A stretch of 63,760 bases of DNA, counting the filler, from Pelomyxa schiedti (taxonomy: Eukaryota > Protista > Evosea), in NCBI GenBank assembly GCA_020536535.1. It is 15 parts of 15 records of this genome, joined end to end, with 100 filler letters (N's around TTAATTAATTAA, not from the genome) between each part and the next. Parts side by side here need not be neighbours in the genome. Positions count along the whole stretch, not along the records: positions 1 to 3,059 come from JAHLWZ010000656.1; positions 3,160 to 10,196 come from JAHLWZ010001380.1; positions 10,297 to 16,507 come from JAHLWZ010001436.1; 12 more parts are not named here. One strand, written 5' to 3'. Numbering within the stretch: position 1 is the stretch's first letter; the number at the start of each line of letters is the position of its first letter. The position numbers and the translations under genes were made by a program. The notes under the pieces were generated by a model that saw only the letters and a list, made by a program, of their open reading frames with translations, had not been told where the DNA came from and made no database searches. Of the stretch, positions 1-10,429 are shown piece by piece.

Positions 1-145
1 TGGGAAGCACATTGGTGTGTCTGTTGGCCGTTGGCGTGCTGCAAACTGTGTGCACACTGTTTTCCCAGAAAAACGCTCGTTTTTTGATCGTGTGCACACC
101 GAAAAAGTTTGGGCAGTCCCAGTCTTTGTGTTTTGACACATCGCC

Positions 146-2936
146 ATGTCTACGACGACCAGCGAAGACCAGCAACAACACGCTCCCCCTGCCGAAGCGG
201 CGACGACGGCTCCCGCAGCCGAAGCGGCGACACCTAAAACCGAAACCCCCGACGAGGAGGTGGTGGTGGTAGTAGCACCAGTAGTAGCACCCGACGCGAC
301 CGAGGAACCAACAACGACAACAACAACAACGCCGACAACAGCGGCGACTGCGCCCGAAACCCCCGCGACGAAGGCGGATGATGATGTTGTTGTTGCTGTT
401 GCTGTTGTGGAGCAGCACAAGAAGGAGGAGGACACAGGGGTGGTGCCTGGGAAGGAGGAGGCGCCCTCGGTGAAGGAGCCATCACCCGCACCCACACCAA
501 CAAAGCAGGCTGCGAGCGATAGTGGTGCTGGTGCTGCAAAAACCACAACCGCGACCGCACCGGCAACTGCAACGCCTGCTGCTGCTAATGCTACTGGCGG
601 CGGAGGCAAGAAAAAGAAGAAGAAGGGTGGTGCTGCTGCTGCTGCTGCTGCTGCTGCTGCGACAGGTGATTCCGCGGCGGCTACTAGTACTACACAGGCA
701 CCCCCGGCGAAGGAGGAACCGCAGGCGCCCGCGGCAAAGGGAGGGAAGGCTGCAAAGGCACAAAAGCAGGAGCAACAGCAGCCGGCCAAGGCGGCAAAGC
801 AGAAGAAGCCACAGGAGAAACAGGGGAAGAAGGCCAAGGCAAAGAAGAAGGAGACTCTATCCCTTGCTGAATTCACTAAAGACGTTAAGCCGGTTCTCCC
901 AACTGCTCCAAGGAGGTAGTTTTTTTTTAAAGTTTACCTTAATACAACAACCTAAAACTACACTAGTGATGCTGATGAACGCCCTGGTCGGTATGGTGCT
1001 GGCCCCGGCAGCAGACCTTCTGCACCAATGCGGACTTATGAGAAGCCAACTGAGGAGAGGCCTTATGACAAACCCAGCAACAGTGAAGGTTCTTCCTCCT
1101 GGAGGTCTGAGAGAACGGAACCCCCGGAGCATGATCGCATGGAACGTCGCCCTCCTCGCTATAATCGACCTCCTGAGGAGGAACCAGCCCAAAGACGTGA
1201 TCCACCCAAGGATGAACCACCAAAAAAGTACATTTTTATTAGTGCCCTAATGGTACTTAATTGCCTGCAGACCAAAATTTGATCCATTTGGAGGTGCAGT
1301 ACCCCGAGAAATTAATCTAAGCAAAAGAGACCCCACGTAACCTCCTTGCCACTAGCTTCCCTTAACTCACTCCACACAGAAAAGAGGAAATTGCTAAGGA
1401 GACACCCAAACCAGCTGATTCCCCTGCCGAAAGCAAGCCGGAACCCACACCCCAGGCAGAGACGCCCAAATCCGCTCCACCAATGGAAGGCAGGCCTGAG
1501 AATTCTGACAGAAATCGCCCAGAAGGGGAAGGTGGGGACAGCCGCCGGCGACCAGAGGGTGATGGAGGCTTTTCCAGAGGTCCCGGGAGATACCGCAATG
1601 AAGGCGGAGATGGAGGATACCCACGCGAAGCACCAAGGTTCCGCCGAGGAGGGGAAGGTGAGGGGGGTGAGGGGGGACCAAGATTCCGCCGAGGAGGGGA
1701 AGGTGAGGATGATGATGGCGGATTCCGCCGGCCTCCAATGGCATCATCAAAGGCTGATTCTGCTTCCACCTGGAGAGCGAATAATGACTGGGAGCCACCT
1801 GTTGNNNNNNNNNNNNNNNNNNNNNNNNNNNNNNNNNNNNNNNNNNNNNNNNNNNNNNNNNNNNNNNNNNNNNNNNNNNNNNNNNNNNNNNNNNNNNNNN
1901 NNNNTTCCGCCGAGGAGGGGAAGGTGAGGATGATGATGGCGGATTCCGCCGGCCTCCAATGGCATCATCAAAGGCTGATTCTGCTTCCACCTGGAGAGCG
2001 AATAATGACTGGGAGCCACCTGTTGCGAGTGTGTTCGCCTTTGTTCTTTCATGCTAGTTCTTACTTTCCGCAGGGATGAGAGAAGATGCTGAGAGGTCCG
2101 AACGCAGAGAAAGAGGACGCGGAGGCTATGGAGGATACAGGGGAGAAGGTAGGAGGGAAGGAGATGGCAGGAGGGACAATTACGGGGGTGGCTATGACAA
2201 CCGCAGGCGGGATGACAGAGAGGGTGACTTCAGGAGGGAAGCACCAGCCAGAAGAGAGGGTGAAGATCAGCCCCAGGCTTCAAGGGATCCCGCTGAGGAG
2301 AGGCAAACCCCTGAAGGTGGTGATGGTGAGAGGAACAGGGAGGAAAACAACAGGGGACCAGCACAACCAAGGCCAGCAGAAAGTGAAGGTGGTGAGAGGG
2401 ACAGGAGGGATGAGCCCTCTGACAGGAGTGGCCCAAGGGGTGGGTATGGAGGCTCTGATAGGAGAGGTGACTATGACTCTGAAAGAAGGAGAGGAGGGTA
2501 CAGTGGAGGTGGCTACGGTGGTGATTCAGAAAGGAGAGGCAGCGGGTATGGTGGAGGATACAGGTCATCCTCATACCAAAGAGGGGGTTACGGAGGCGGG
2601 GGCTATGGAGGCAGGAGGGATTACAATGATGAGGGAAGGAGAGGTGGTTATGATGAAGGAAGGAGAGGCTCCGGCTACGGAGGCGGGGGCAGAGGTGGCT
2701 ATGAGGATGAGGGGAGGAGAGGGGGCTATGGCGGTGGAGGCAGGAGGGACTACAATGACGACGTGAGGAGAGATGACACTGGGGGTTCCAGAGGGGGATA
2801 CAATGACGAGAGGGGAGGATACAGCCAAGGAGGCCGCCGCGATGAAAGGAGGGGTGAATACCCTGAGGGGGGTGGTAGAAGAGATGATGGAAACAACAAC
2901 CCTCCACCACCGCCGCCCGACCAAGACCGATCCTAA
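146..2936 (+). CDS. EIF4B: eIF4B-like RGG/DRYG-rich translation factor (spliced, about 5 exons; spans a gap)
   Basis: Motifs KKKKETLSLAEF and PVLPTAPRR resemble the eIF4B N-terminus. After joining introns (about 916-966, 1229-1271, 1337-1379, 2029-2073) the protein reads PKFDPFGGAVPRE and KADSASTWRA, then a long RGGYG/RRDDR C-terminus. No RRM seen. Confidence 0.6.
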
Positions 2937-3059
2937 CCTCACTACTACACAAACACCTTCAACCCTGGTTACTGTGTACATGCTATTATCAGAAAAACCT
3001 TCTTCAAAATTTTCTTTTTGTTGTCCAAAGAAAAATTTAAATTTATCTTATCTTCTGGT

Positions 3060-3159
3060 NNNNNNNNNNNNNNNNNNNNNNNNNNNNNNNNNNNNNNNNN
3101 NNNTTAATTAATTAANNNNNNNNNNNNNNNNNNNNNNNNNNNNNNNNNNNNNNNNNNNN
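3060..3159. other. Artificial contig linker (N-run, TTAATTAATTAA, N-run); recurs at about 10.2, 16.5, 22.4, 37.7, 40.1, 48.6, 49.7, 51.7, 54.1, 55.6, 56.9, 61.1 and 62.6 kb
   Basis: Identical 12-mer with stops in all six frames, always embedded in about 100 bases of N. Confidence 0.99.
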
Positions 3160-3495
3160 CAGCACCGCTGCCACCCTCCTTCCCCTCGCCCCGCCGGGCA
3201 CTGCCCCTGCCCCTGGCCCTGGCCCTGCTGCTGCCCCTCCGGCTCCCCTGCCCCTCGCTCCCCCTCGTGAGCTCCCTCTCCCTGGAGTAGCTGTGCCTGT
3301 GCAACTGCTAGTGTTGGCCGTGGCGGTGTCCGTTGCTACGGCGGTTGTTGTTGCTGCGGGAGCTGATTGTGGGTCGGCGGCGGTGGTGGTTGTGGTGGTG
3401 GGGGGCTATACTTTTATTTGGTGTTCCTTTCTTTCTTTTCTGTGTTTGTTCTGGTTTTTTTGGTGGAAACTGACTGGCAAATGTAAACTTATAAG

Positions 3496-6400
3496 ATTAC
3501 TTGCTTGTCTGTATCAGGCATTGTGGAGGGTGTTGTGGTTTCTGGTGACAAGTCAGGATTAGTTGTGGTGTGGCACACATCCCTGGATAAAACACGCGCA
3601 CTTCCGCCATTACCACGCTCTCCTGCTATTTGCTCTGTTTCATGTTGCCCCATAGCAGTTGGAAGTAGTTTGGCAGTTGCAGTAGGATACCAGAACGGTG
3701 TTATTGCAATCGTTGACACTCTTGCAGGGGCTGTACTGTGCAAGTGGGTTAATAATTGGAGTCATCAATCAAACTAACTAACCACTTCTAGAACAGCAGC
3801 CCACACATCTGAAATTCAATCATTGCGGTGGGCACCATTGAGTGGCTACACCCCTCCAATCTTTCGCCAACAAAGTGAAAGTACAAGTGCGATTGAAGGC
3901 TCTGCCTTTCTAGCATCAGGAGGACTTGATAGATACATCACTATCTGGAAATTCACAGCTGGGTATCGATCTTCTTGATCAATTTCTCAAGCTAAAGATA
4001 AATCATTAGGAAAGACTCATCCCTTGCTCTAATGCAGTCGCAGTATCTACCAAAGACTGCCACTGCAAGCCATGCGAAACAAAATGATCGACCATGGGTC
4101 ACAGTGGAGTGGCTTGTGAAAGATACCGCCCTCATGTTATTGACTTCCTCAGCAACATCACTTTTATTGTGGAACCTTGGCACACTAAAACCTCTATTCT
4201 TATCTAATGGCCACAGTAAAGTAGTATTCAGTATTGTTGCGTTTGGTAACCGCTTCATTACGACTTCTTTGGACAGGCAGGTATCTGCATCATATTTTCT
4301 ACCGACTTGACATGAGACAGATAATCTTGTGGGACTCTGTAGGGCTCTTACCACTTTGGAAGATGACAACAATATCTGGAGTTGTTTACTCCTTAGATAC
4401 AAGCCCAGTTGATCCTACAAAGTTGGCCATTGGGATTGGTGAGTCCCACCTGTATGTGTGGACTTCAGGCTACATCAAAAACCCCACTAGTGGCTCAACA
4501 TCCCGAAGTGGAAAGGATACAAATGATCCTCTAAGTACTGTTATACTATGGAAAGGGCTTCAGTCCAAAGTATCCGTTGTAAGCTTTCATCCAACAGAAT
4601 TTGGCCTCGTTGCGTATGGCCTTGATGATGGCCGTATTGGTCTCTATGAGTAAGTTAGTTGTAATTCAAGATTTTGTATATCTATGTAAAAATGGGTGAC
4701 AGTTTTATTGTCCTCCTTGTGTTTAATAAATCTTACATGACAAGGATTTCCACAGGTTCCAATAGTCAGTTCACCTCCTCACACTCCAATACTGTGTATT
4801 CTCTTTCTTGGCAACCTTCTAATACTCAAGCTGTTACACCAATGCTATTCAGGTTTTTTCCTTATCTCATTCAGTTCGTTTTTAATTTCTTTTCCTGTAA
4901 GCTGTGCGTCTGATGGCAGAATTCTCATTTCTGATCCATGCAACACACAAAAGCTCTCTCGCAACTTTGATGACTTCATTGAGAACCTCCAGGCACAAGA
5001 TGTTCCCCGAAAGGCAGGACAGCACTCTGAAGCTACATGGAAACCTGATGGCTCATTACTGGCAGTGGGCAATATTGATGGAAGTGTCATTATATGGAAT
5101 TCAGGATATCAGTGCCTGGCCTCTCTCATGCCACATCGCAAACTTGTAAACAGAATAAGATGGTTCCCACTGGTACCAGGCGCACCAAAGACGGAATGGG
5201 ATGGTCTCCTTGCATCATGCTCTGCTGACGGTACTATTCAGGTATCCAACAAACTTCCATGCCCAAACAAAATAATTATTCAGGTTCTTAATATGGGTCT
5301 ACTTCAACATGATCCCACACTTGGATCCAAAGTACTTAAAGGGCATACAGGTACCCCTAAATACCATTAGTAAATCTAATGGCTGTGCAGCGGGAGTAAC
5401 AGATGTCAAATGGAACCCAAACCTTCCACCTAAACTTGCCTCGTGTGGTTTGGATGGTGTGATCATTCTGTGGGATGCCATATCTGGTCTTCCTTTGATT
5501 GTATTTGGTGGCCACGGTGCTGGTGTTCTATCTGTTCAATGGAGTGCTTTGGAGAGTGATACTTTATTTAGTGGGGGCTACGATAACAATATCCATGTTT
5601 GGGATACCACCGGCACAACAAGCAATATCCAAAGCAATGTACAACTTGTTTCATATACCCCCCAAAAGGTTTTTCATTGCCCTGCGTAATGCCTTCTCAC
5701 ATTTGCAATAGGATAATGCACCGTTACAAGAGACTGTCCGAAAAGTGAAAAAGAGGAGTAAGCCCCAAGAACGGCAGATTGCTCAACCACAGCCACAGCA
5801 ACAACCGCAGCCACAACCACCGCAACAGCAACAGCAACAGGTGGAAGTACAAACGTCTCAGCCCAATATGCCAACTACACAAGACCCAAAGAAAGAAACA
5901 ACACCACAATTACTTGAACCACCAAAAGACCCTTCTCAGGTACAAGTGGGCTCATCTTCTTCAGTACAAAATACCCAAGAACAAGAAGCTGATTTTCCAC
6001 AAAACCAGCTTCCAGAGCATACCGCTGTCGAACCTAACAAGAATTTAGAGACGACATCCGATGCAGTAGATGAAGCGCCGCAAGTTGAAGCCTTACCTCA
6101 CATTCCTCCAAGAACAGTGGACATACCTTCAAATCTGCCGAACACACAACAGCGAATCCGTTGTCTTTTTCCTGATGATAAGACTCTTGCTGGGGCTCTG
6201 AATTTAATGAAGCTATTGCGTGGTGAAACAGATAACATACCTGATTCACTCAGAGTCTTTCTGCCAAGACCAGCAGTCCTGGATGGAGTTGACTCGGCAT
6301 CCAACAATTTTATTTCCACCTCACAGCCAGACTTATCTGCTTTGCTCAGTATGATAAAAGGAGATGCCCCAAGTATAATTCACGTTGTTGGTTAAAATCT

Positions 6401-8166
6401 GCTCACATTTCCAAGCCGCATATAAGACAATACTGAAGCAAGGTATGAACCCGTTATGGTTGGCACTGAGTCCCGCTTTTGGTCGTGATGTCTGGGCAGG
6501 ACTCATGGAGGGGTACATGGATTCTATGCCGGTTTTACCTGTTTTCATTTTGTTTCAGATTTGCCCAAGAAAGTGAGAAAAAAGGAGATTGCCATACAGC
6601 GGTACTTTGTTATCTCTCACTTTATCGAATACATGATGCAATAGCCGTGTATGAACGGGCTAATATGTTTTGTGAAGCAGTTGTGCTTGCCAAAAGCAGG
6701 TTAATTCCTGATCCAGTTCCCAACCGACCTTTAATAGTGTACCAGGTTATCAGGATCGGACCCCTTAATACCTCAGCTGCTCCTCCACTGGGGAACCTAC
6801 AATGAAAAACATTGTCCCGAGCAAGTTGTTCTTTTCTCTGTTCCTTATCTATAAATTAAGGAATAATATTACAGGCGGCATCATGCTTTATTGCGGCTGG
6901 GGTACCTGAGAGAGCTGTTAATTCATTGCTGTCATTGGCTCGTACGCAAAGTGATTGTCAAGCTATTGAGACACTTATATCCTCTTATCAAATTGCACAG
7001 GTATCATTTTAATGTGTGGTGGGGAGCTAACGTCAGGTTAGGTGTATAAAACACATGAATTTTCTACTGCAGTTGAGTTAGCACAAGCTTGCATGAAAAC
7101 AGATAAGAATGAACGGGCAATCTCTGTCCTGGTGGACAATACAGAACTGTTCCCACTTCTTTACCCTGTGGAAATTCAACGTGCTTTATCTTACAATGAG
7201 TTTTGTTTCCTTTGTCATTTTTCTGGTCTTATCGGTATTAGAAATGTGCTTGATGTACCATTATCCACGTTGTTTTCTGATGTGCACAGCAAACTTGAAT
7301 CTTTGTCTCTCCCCACTCCAGTGCGACTTCTCCAGCTTTTACAGTTGCATTGGAACCGCCTTCCTCAAGATGCAGGAACAGTTGCACAACACTACTCTCA
7401 GTTGTGCAGTGATCAGTTTTTCAAAATTGGTACTGCTGATCTATGGGTATCATTCTCCACAGTTGCTCGAGCCATAGCAGCCCTTATCAGTATGCGCGAT
7501 CCTATCGAAGCTGTGGCAAGAACCGCTACACACATACTTGAATCTATGGACCTGCTCCTAAAACAGCACAAATACCGCGTTGTGATTACTCTAGCTACCC
7601 TACTACCCGTTCCATCAACCGGCAGTTCGCCGCAGTCAGCAAACAAGCTCAGCGGAGTTGTACCAATTTTACAAAGTATACACGCCTATGGCGAGCTTGC
7701 GCAACTACAACTTTCACTCGAAAGTGATGATCCCACACAAGCCGCAACAGCCCTCCAGAGTATCGAGGCACCTACCAGCCTCCTGCTTTGCCCCATCTAC
7801 ACCAAGTTCACAGCACTCCAACAACAACACAGGGAGCTCAACGCTTCACTCCGGCAGAGAGTGTTTGACGAATCCAACACCAAAGACCGGAGAAGAAAAC
7901 CCCAAGACCAAGACCCACAGCAACAACACACAGAGCAAGAGTCACAACTTCAATCCCTCGATGCCCAAATCAAGCAGTTGTCAACACAAGTCTCTGTGCC
8001 GTTTCCCGACCCCGTCCAATCCGGCCTAGTCATAGCTCAACTATGTTCGAAATTCTCACTTTCGGGGAGAATTCTCTCCCGGTGGGCATCCATTAATGGC
8101 CAGGATTTACGCAATCACACATTGTGGCCTGTATTTGAGAAGTCCTTGGGTTTACTGGCACCATAA
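3496..8166 (+). CDS. GEMIN5: Gemin5-like WD40 plus TPR-like protein (multi-exon, 5' exon(s) not located)
   Basis: Many WD40 exons (VSGDKSGLVVVW, SGGLDRYITIW, AVGNIDGSVIIW, LASCGLDGVIILWD, FSGGYDNNIHVWD). A spliced segment at 6580-6900 reads LSLYRIHDAIAVYERANMFCEAVVLAKSRLSGSDPLIPQLLLHWG...AASCFIAAG, matching the Gemin5 dimerisation module ([24 protein letters not shown]...AAKCY). Confidence 0.8.
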
Positions 8167-8276
8167 CAAAAGCAACCTACTTAGACTCCTACCAACTAAG
8201 AGTAAAAAAAACATGATTGATGACGGAGAAAAAAGCCTTCAATTGAGGGACTTTTTTTCCTTTCTACTTGATTCTT

Positions 8277-9890
8277 TTAGTGACCAGAATTTTGTGGGGC
8301 CGTTGTTGTTTTGGAGGCTGTAGTGGAAGCGGTTTTTTTCTTTTCAGCAACTTGTGTATCGGTCAAGGGCAGGTAATAAATTACTGGCCTTGAACGAGTC
8401 TTCTTGAAAAGTGTATCTAGGGTAACTGGAAAAAATGTTACAACATTTAAGGGAAGGGTAACAAAAAAGGACTGTAAAAAAGATACCAGCTGGTGGGGGT
8501 GGTTCTTCAACTGTAAAAGGTGTTTAGTTTTGTATTACTTTTCTTATGAATTCTGAGAGAAAAGAAAGAAACCTTTGTGAGGAATTGGTGGAGGTTCCAC
8601 AACTTTCTTGTCATCAACCACCATTCTTTGTGGGGCAGTGGAGATTTGTTCAGTTGTAGTACTGACTTGTGGGGGTGCTGCAGGTGCTGGGGCGGCGTTA
8701 GTAGACCGACTTGAAGAGGTTTTTGTTGATCCGGCTTGAGTACTTCCAGGTGCCCCAGGCGTTCTTGACGCTATCTGGTGTGCAACTTCAGAAGTTGAGA
8801 AATCAGCCTAGGGATAAAATTTAGTACATCAACTGTGTCATCACATGTAAAAGGAGGGAAACCTGTAGCTTTCCTTGTTTCCACTCAAGATTGTGAATGG
8901 CCTCTCGGCAAGCAATAGATTCTTCTTCTTTCGCAAACTGCAAAAATGTCAGCACATAGTAGTTATTCACAGTACATACTATAACATAGCACTGACTCTT
9001 GATAACATTCATCCAAATGAAATCTACTGTACCATACTGAGAAAGGAGATCCTTCACTGCTTTAACCATCAATGGTCTCACAAATCCTTCAATAAAAAGT
9101 GTATTCGAGAAAGGGTTCTTTGGAGGGGACACAGTGGCAGTGGTGACTGTGGTTGTTTCAGTCTTTTCTACTGAAGGGCTAGAATTGTTTTCATTAACTG
9201 TCTTAGGTCTCTTGCTGCTACTCTGTGGGAAAATCGTTGGAATGAATAAAAGTGAGGATAGACAACTGGTCGGTCCATGGGAAGTAAAGCCTTTATTGTT
9301 TCAGTACTAAGTTGAACAGGTGTGGAAGTGGCAGGCTTTCCCCAAACTCGCTTACGTTTAGCAGGGACAGAAGATTGAGAGTCACTGTAACTTTCGTTAG
9401 GGCTGCCGTTTGCCTTTTCATTTATATTGAATTATTTTTTGTTATGGGAAACTTTTTAGGAGCAAGATCTTCCAATGGAATATTAGTGTTATCATTGTCG
9501 GGCTTAAAATTCATCAGGGGAAAAAAAAAAAAGGTGCCAAAAAAAGGAAAGAAGCAAACCTTGGATGCAGGGGATGGAGGGTTTGCTTCTGTCGACATTT
9601 GTTATGAGGGGGTGTTGTTCTGCAGTTTTGTTTTTTGTAACACACTCGCCACACACACAACAACTTGCCAAACGGAAAAAACCTGCACATAAAGTAAGCA
9701 CGAAGGTAGTACAATACATTGCATAGTGGAGTGGGGGGAAAAAAAAACCTTTTTCTTGTGGAAGAGTTGGAGCATCAGAACCGCTGGCAGGTTCAATCTT
9801 CATCGTTTCATCTTGCTTAGATCTCGTCGCCTCCACATCACCCGATGTCGTCGTATCCGGAGCAGCGCCGCTGTCGTCTTCGGTCTTCAT
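8277..9890 (-). CDS. ACIN1: Acinus-like EJC/ASAP complex protein (RRM plus RSB motif), multi-exon
   Basis: Contains KRKRVWG...LSTETIKALLP, the RRM SPPKNPFSNTLFIEGFVRPL...WMNVIKSQCYV, and the C-terminal RSB motif LDTLFKKTRSRPVIYYLPLTD. All three are Acinus hallmarks. Confidence 0.88.
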
Positions 9891-9995
9891 TTTTTTCCTT
9901 TGTCTCTTAACCTGGGCAATTGGTTTCTCACATAGCTTAGAAATGACAGGGAAAATTCTAACGACCCGCCAGAACACGACAGGGGAAAAATTGAA

Positions 9996-10067
9996 TGGCC
10001 CCGCTCAGAATCGAACTGAGATCAAGAGAGCCAAAATCTCCCCTTCTAACCATTATACTACGGAGGT
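9996..10067 (-). tRNA. Atypical tRNA or tRNA-like gene: anticodon TTG (Gln) on a His-like body
   Basis: Minus strand reads ACCTCCG TA GTATAATGGTTAGAAG G GGAGA TTTTGGC TCTCT TGAT CTCAG TTCGATT CTGAG CGGGGCC A. The T-arm is perfect and the anticodon stem is paired. Acceptor pairs 1:72 and 2:71 are mismatched and the D-stem is weak. Confidence 0.65.
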
Positions 10068-10429
10068 TAAGCCCCCACAAACGGCAGGCGTGTGTTGAAA
10101 TTATTACTGAAAAACAGTGAAGCGGGGGGGCTTCTAGTGTACTGTGGATGGCGTGGTTGTTTGTGCGGTGTGCTTGACTGCTACGCGGTGGTTGTGNNNN
10201 NNNNNNNNNNNNNNNNNNNNNNNNNNNNNNNNNNNNNNNNTTAATTAATTAANNNNNNNNNNNNNNNNNNNNNNNNNNNNNNNNNNNNNNNNNNNNACTT
10301 TTTTTGGTAGTTTCTAGGTGTGGTTTGCCGAGCGGCATGGACAGTATCACGTTCGTGGTTGTACGAGAAAATGTTTTTTTACTTTTTATGAGAGGTTAGA
10401 TTTGATGATTCGGTGGTGAAGAAGGTGGT

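Noticed and set aside
1684-2025. Exact 121-bp direct repeat either side of the gap in the eIF4B-like gene (1684-1804 = 1905-2025)
   Set aside because: It abuts the gap on both sides and has the same 121-bp length as another gap-edge match, consistent with a de Bruijn k-mer overlap rather than a real duplication.
3160-3420. GC-rich stretch that could be the missing first Gemin5 exon or a divergent gene
   Set aside because: No plus-strand frame gives a convincing Gemin5 N-terminus. A minus-strand Thr/Gly-rich frame looks coding but has no clear start and is cut by the contig end. Left unannotated.
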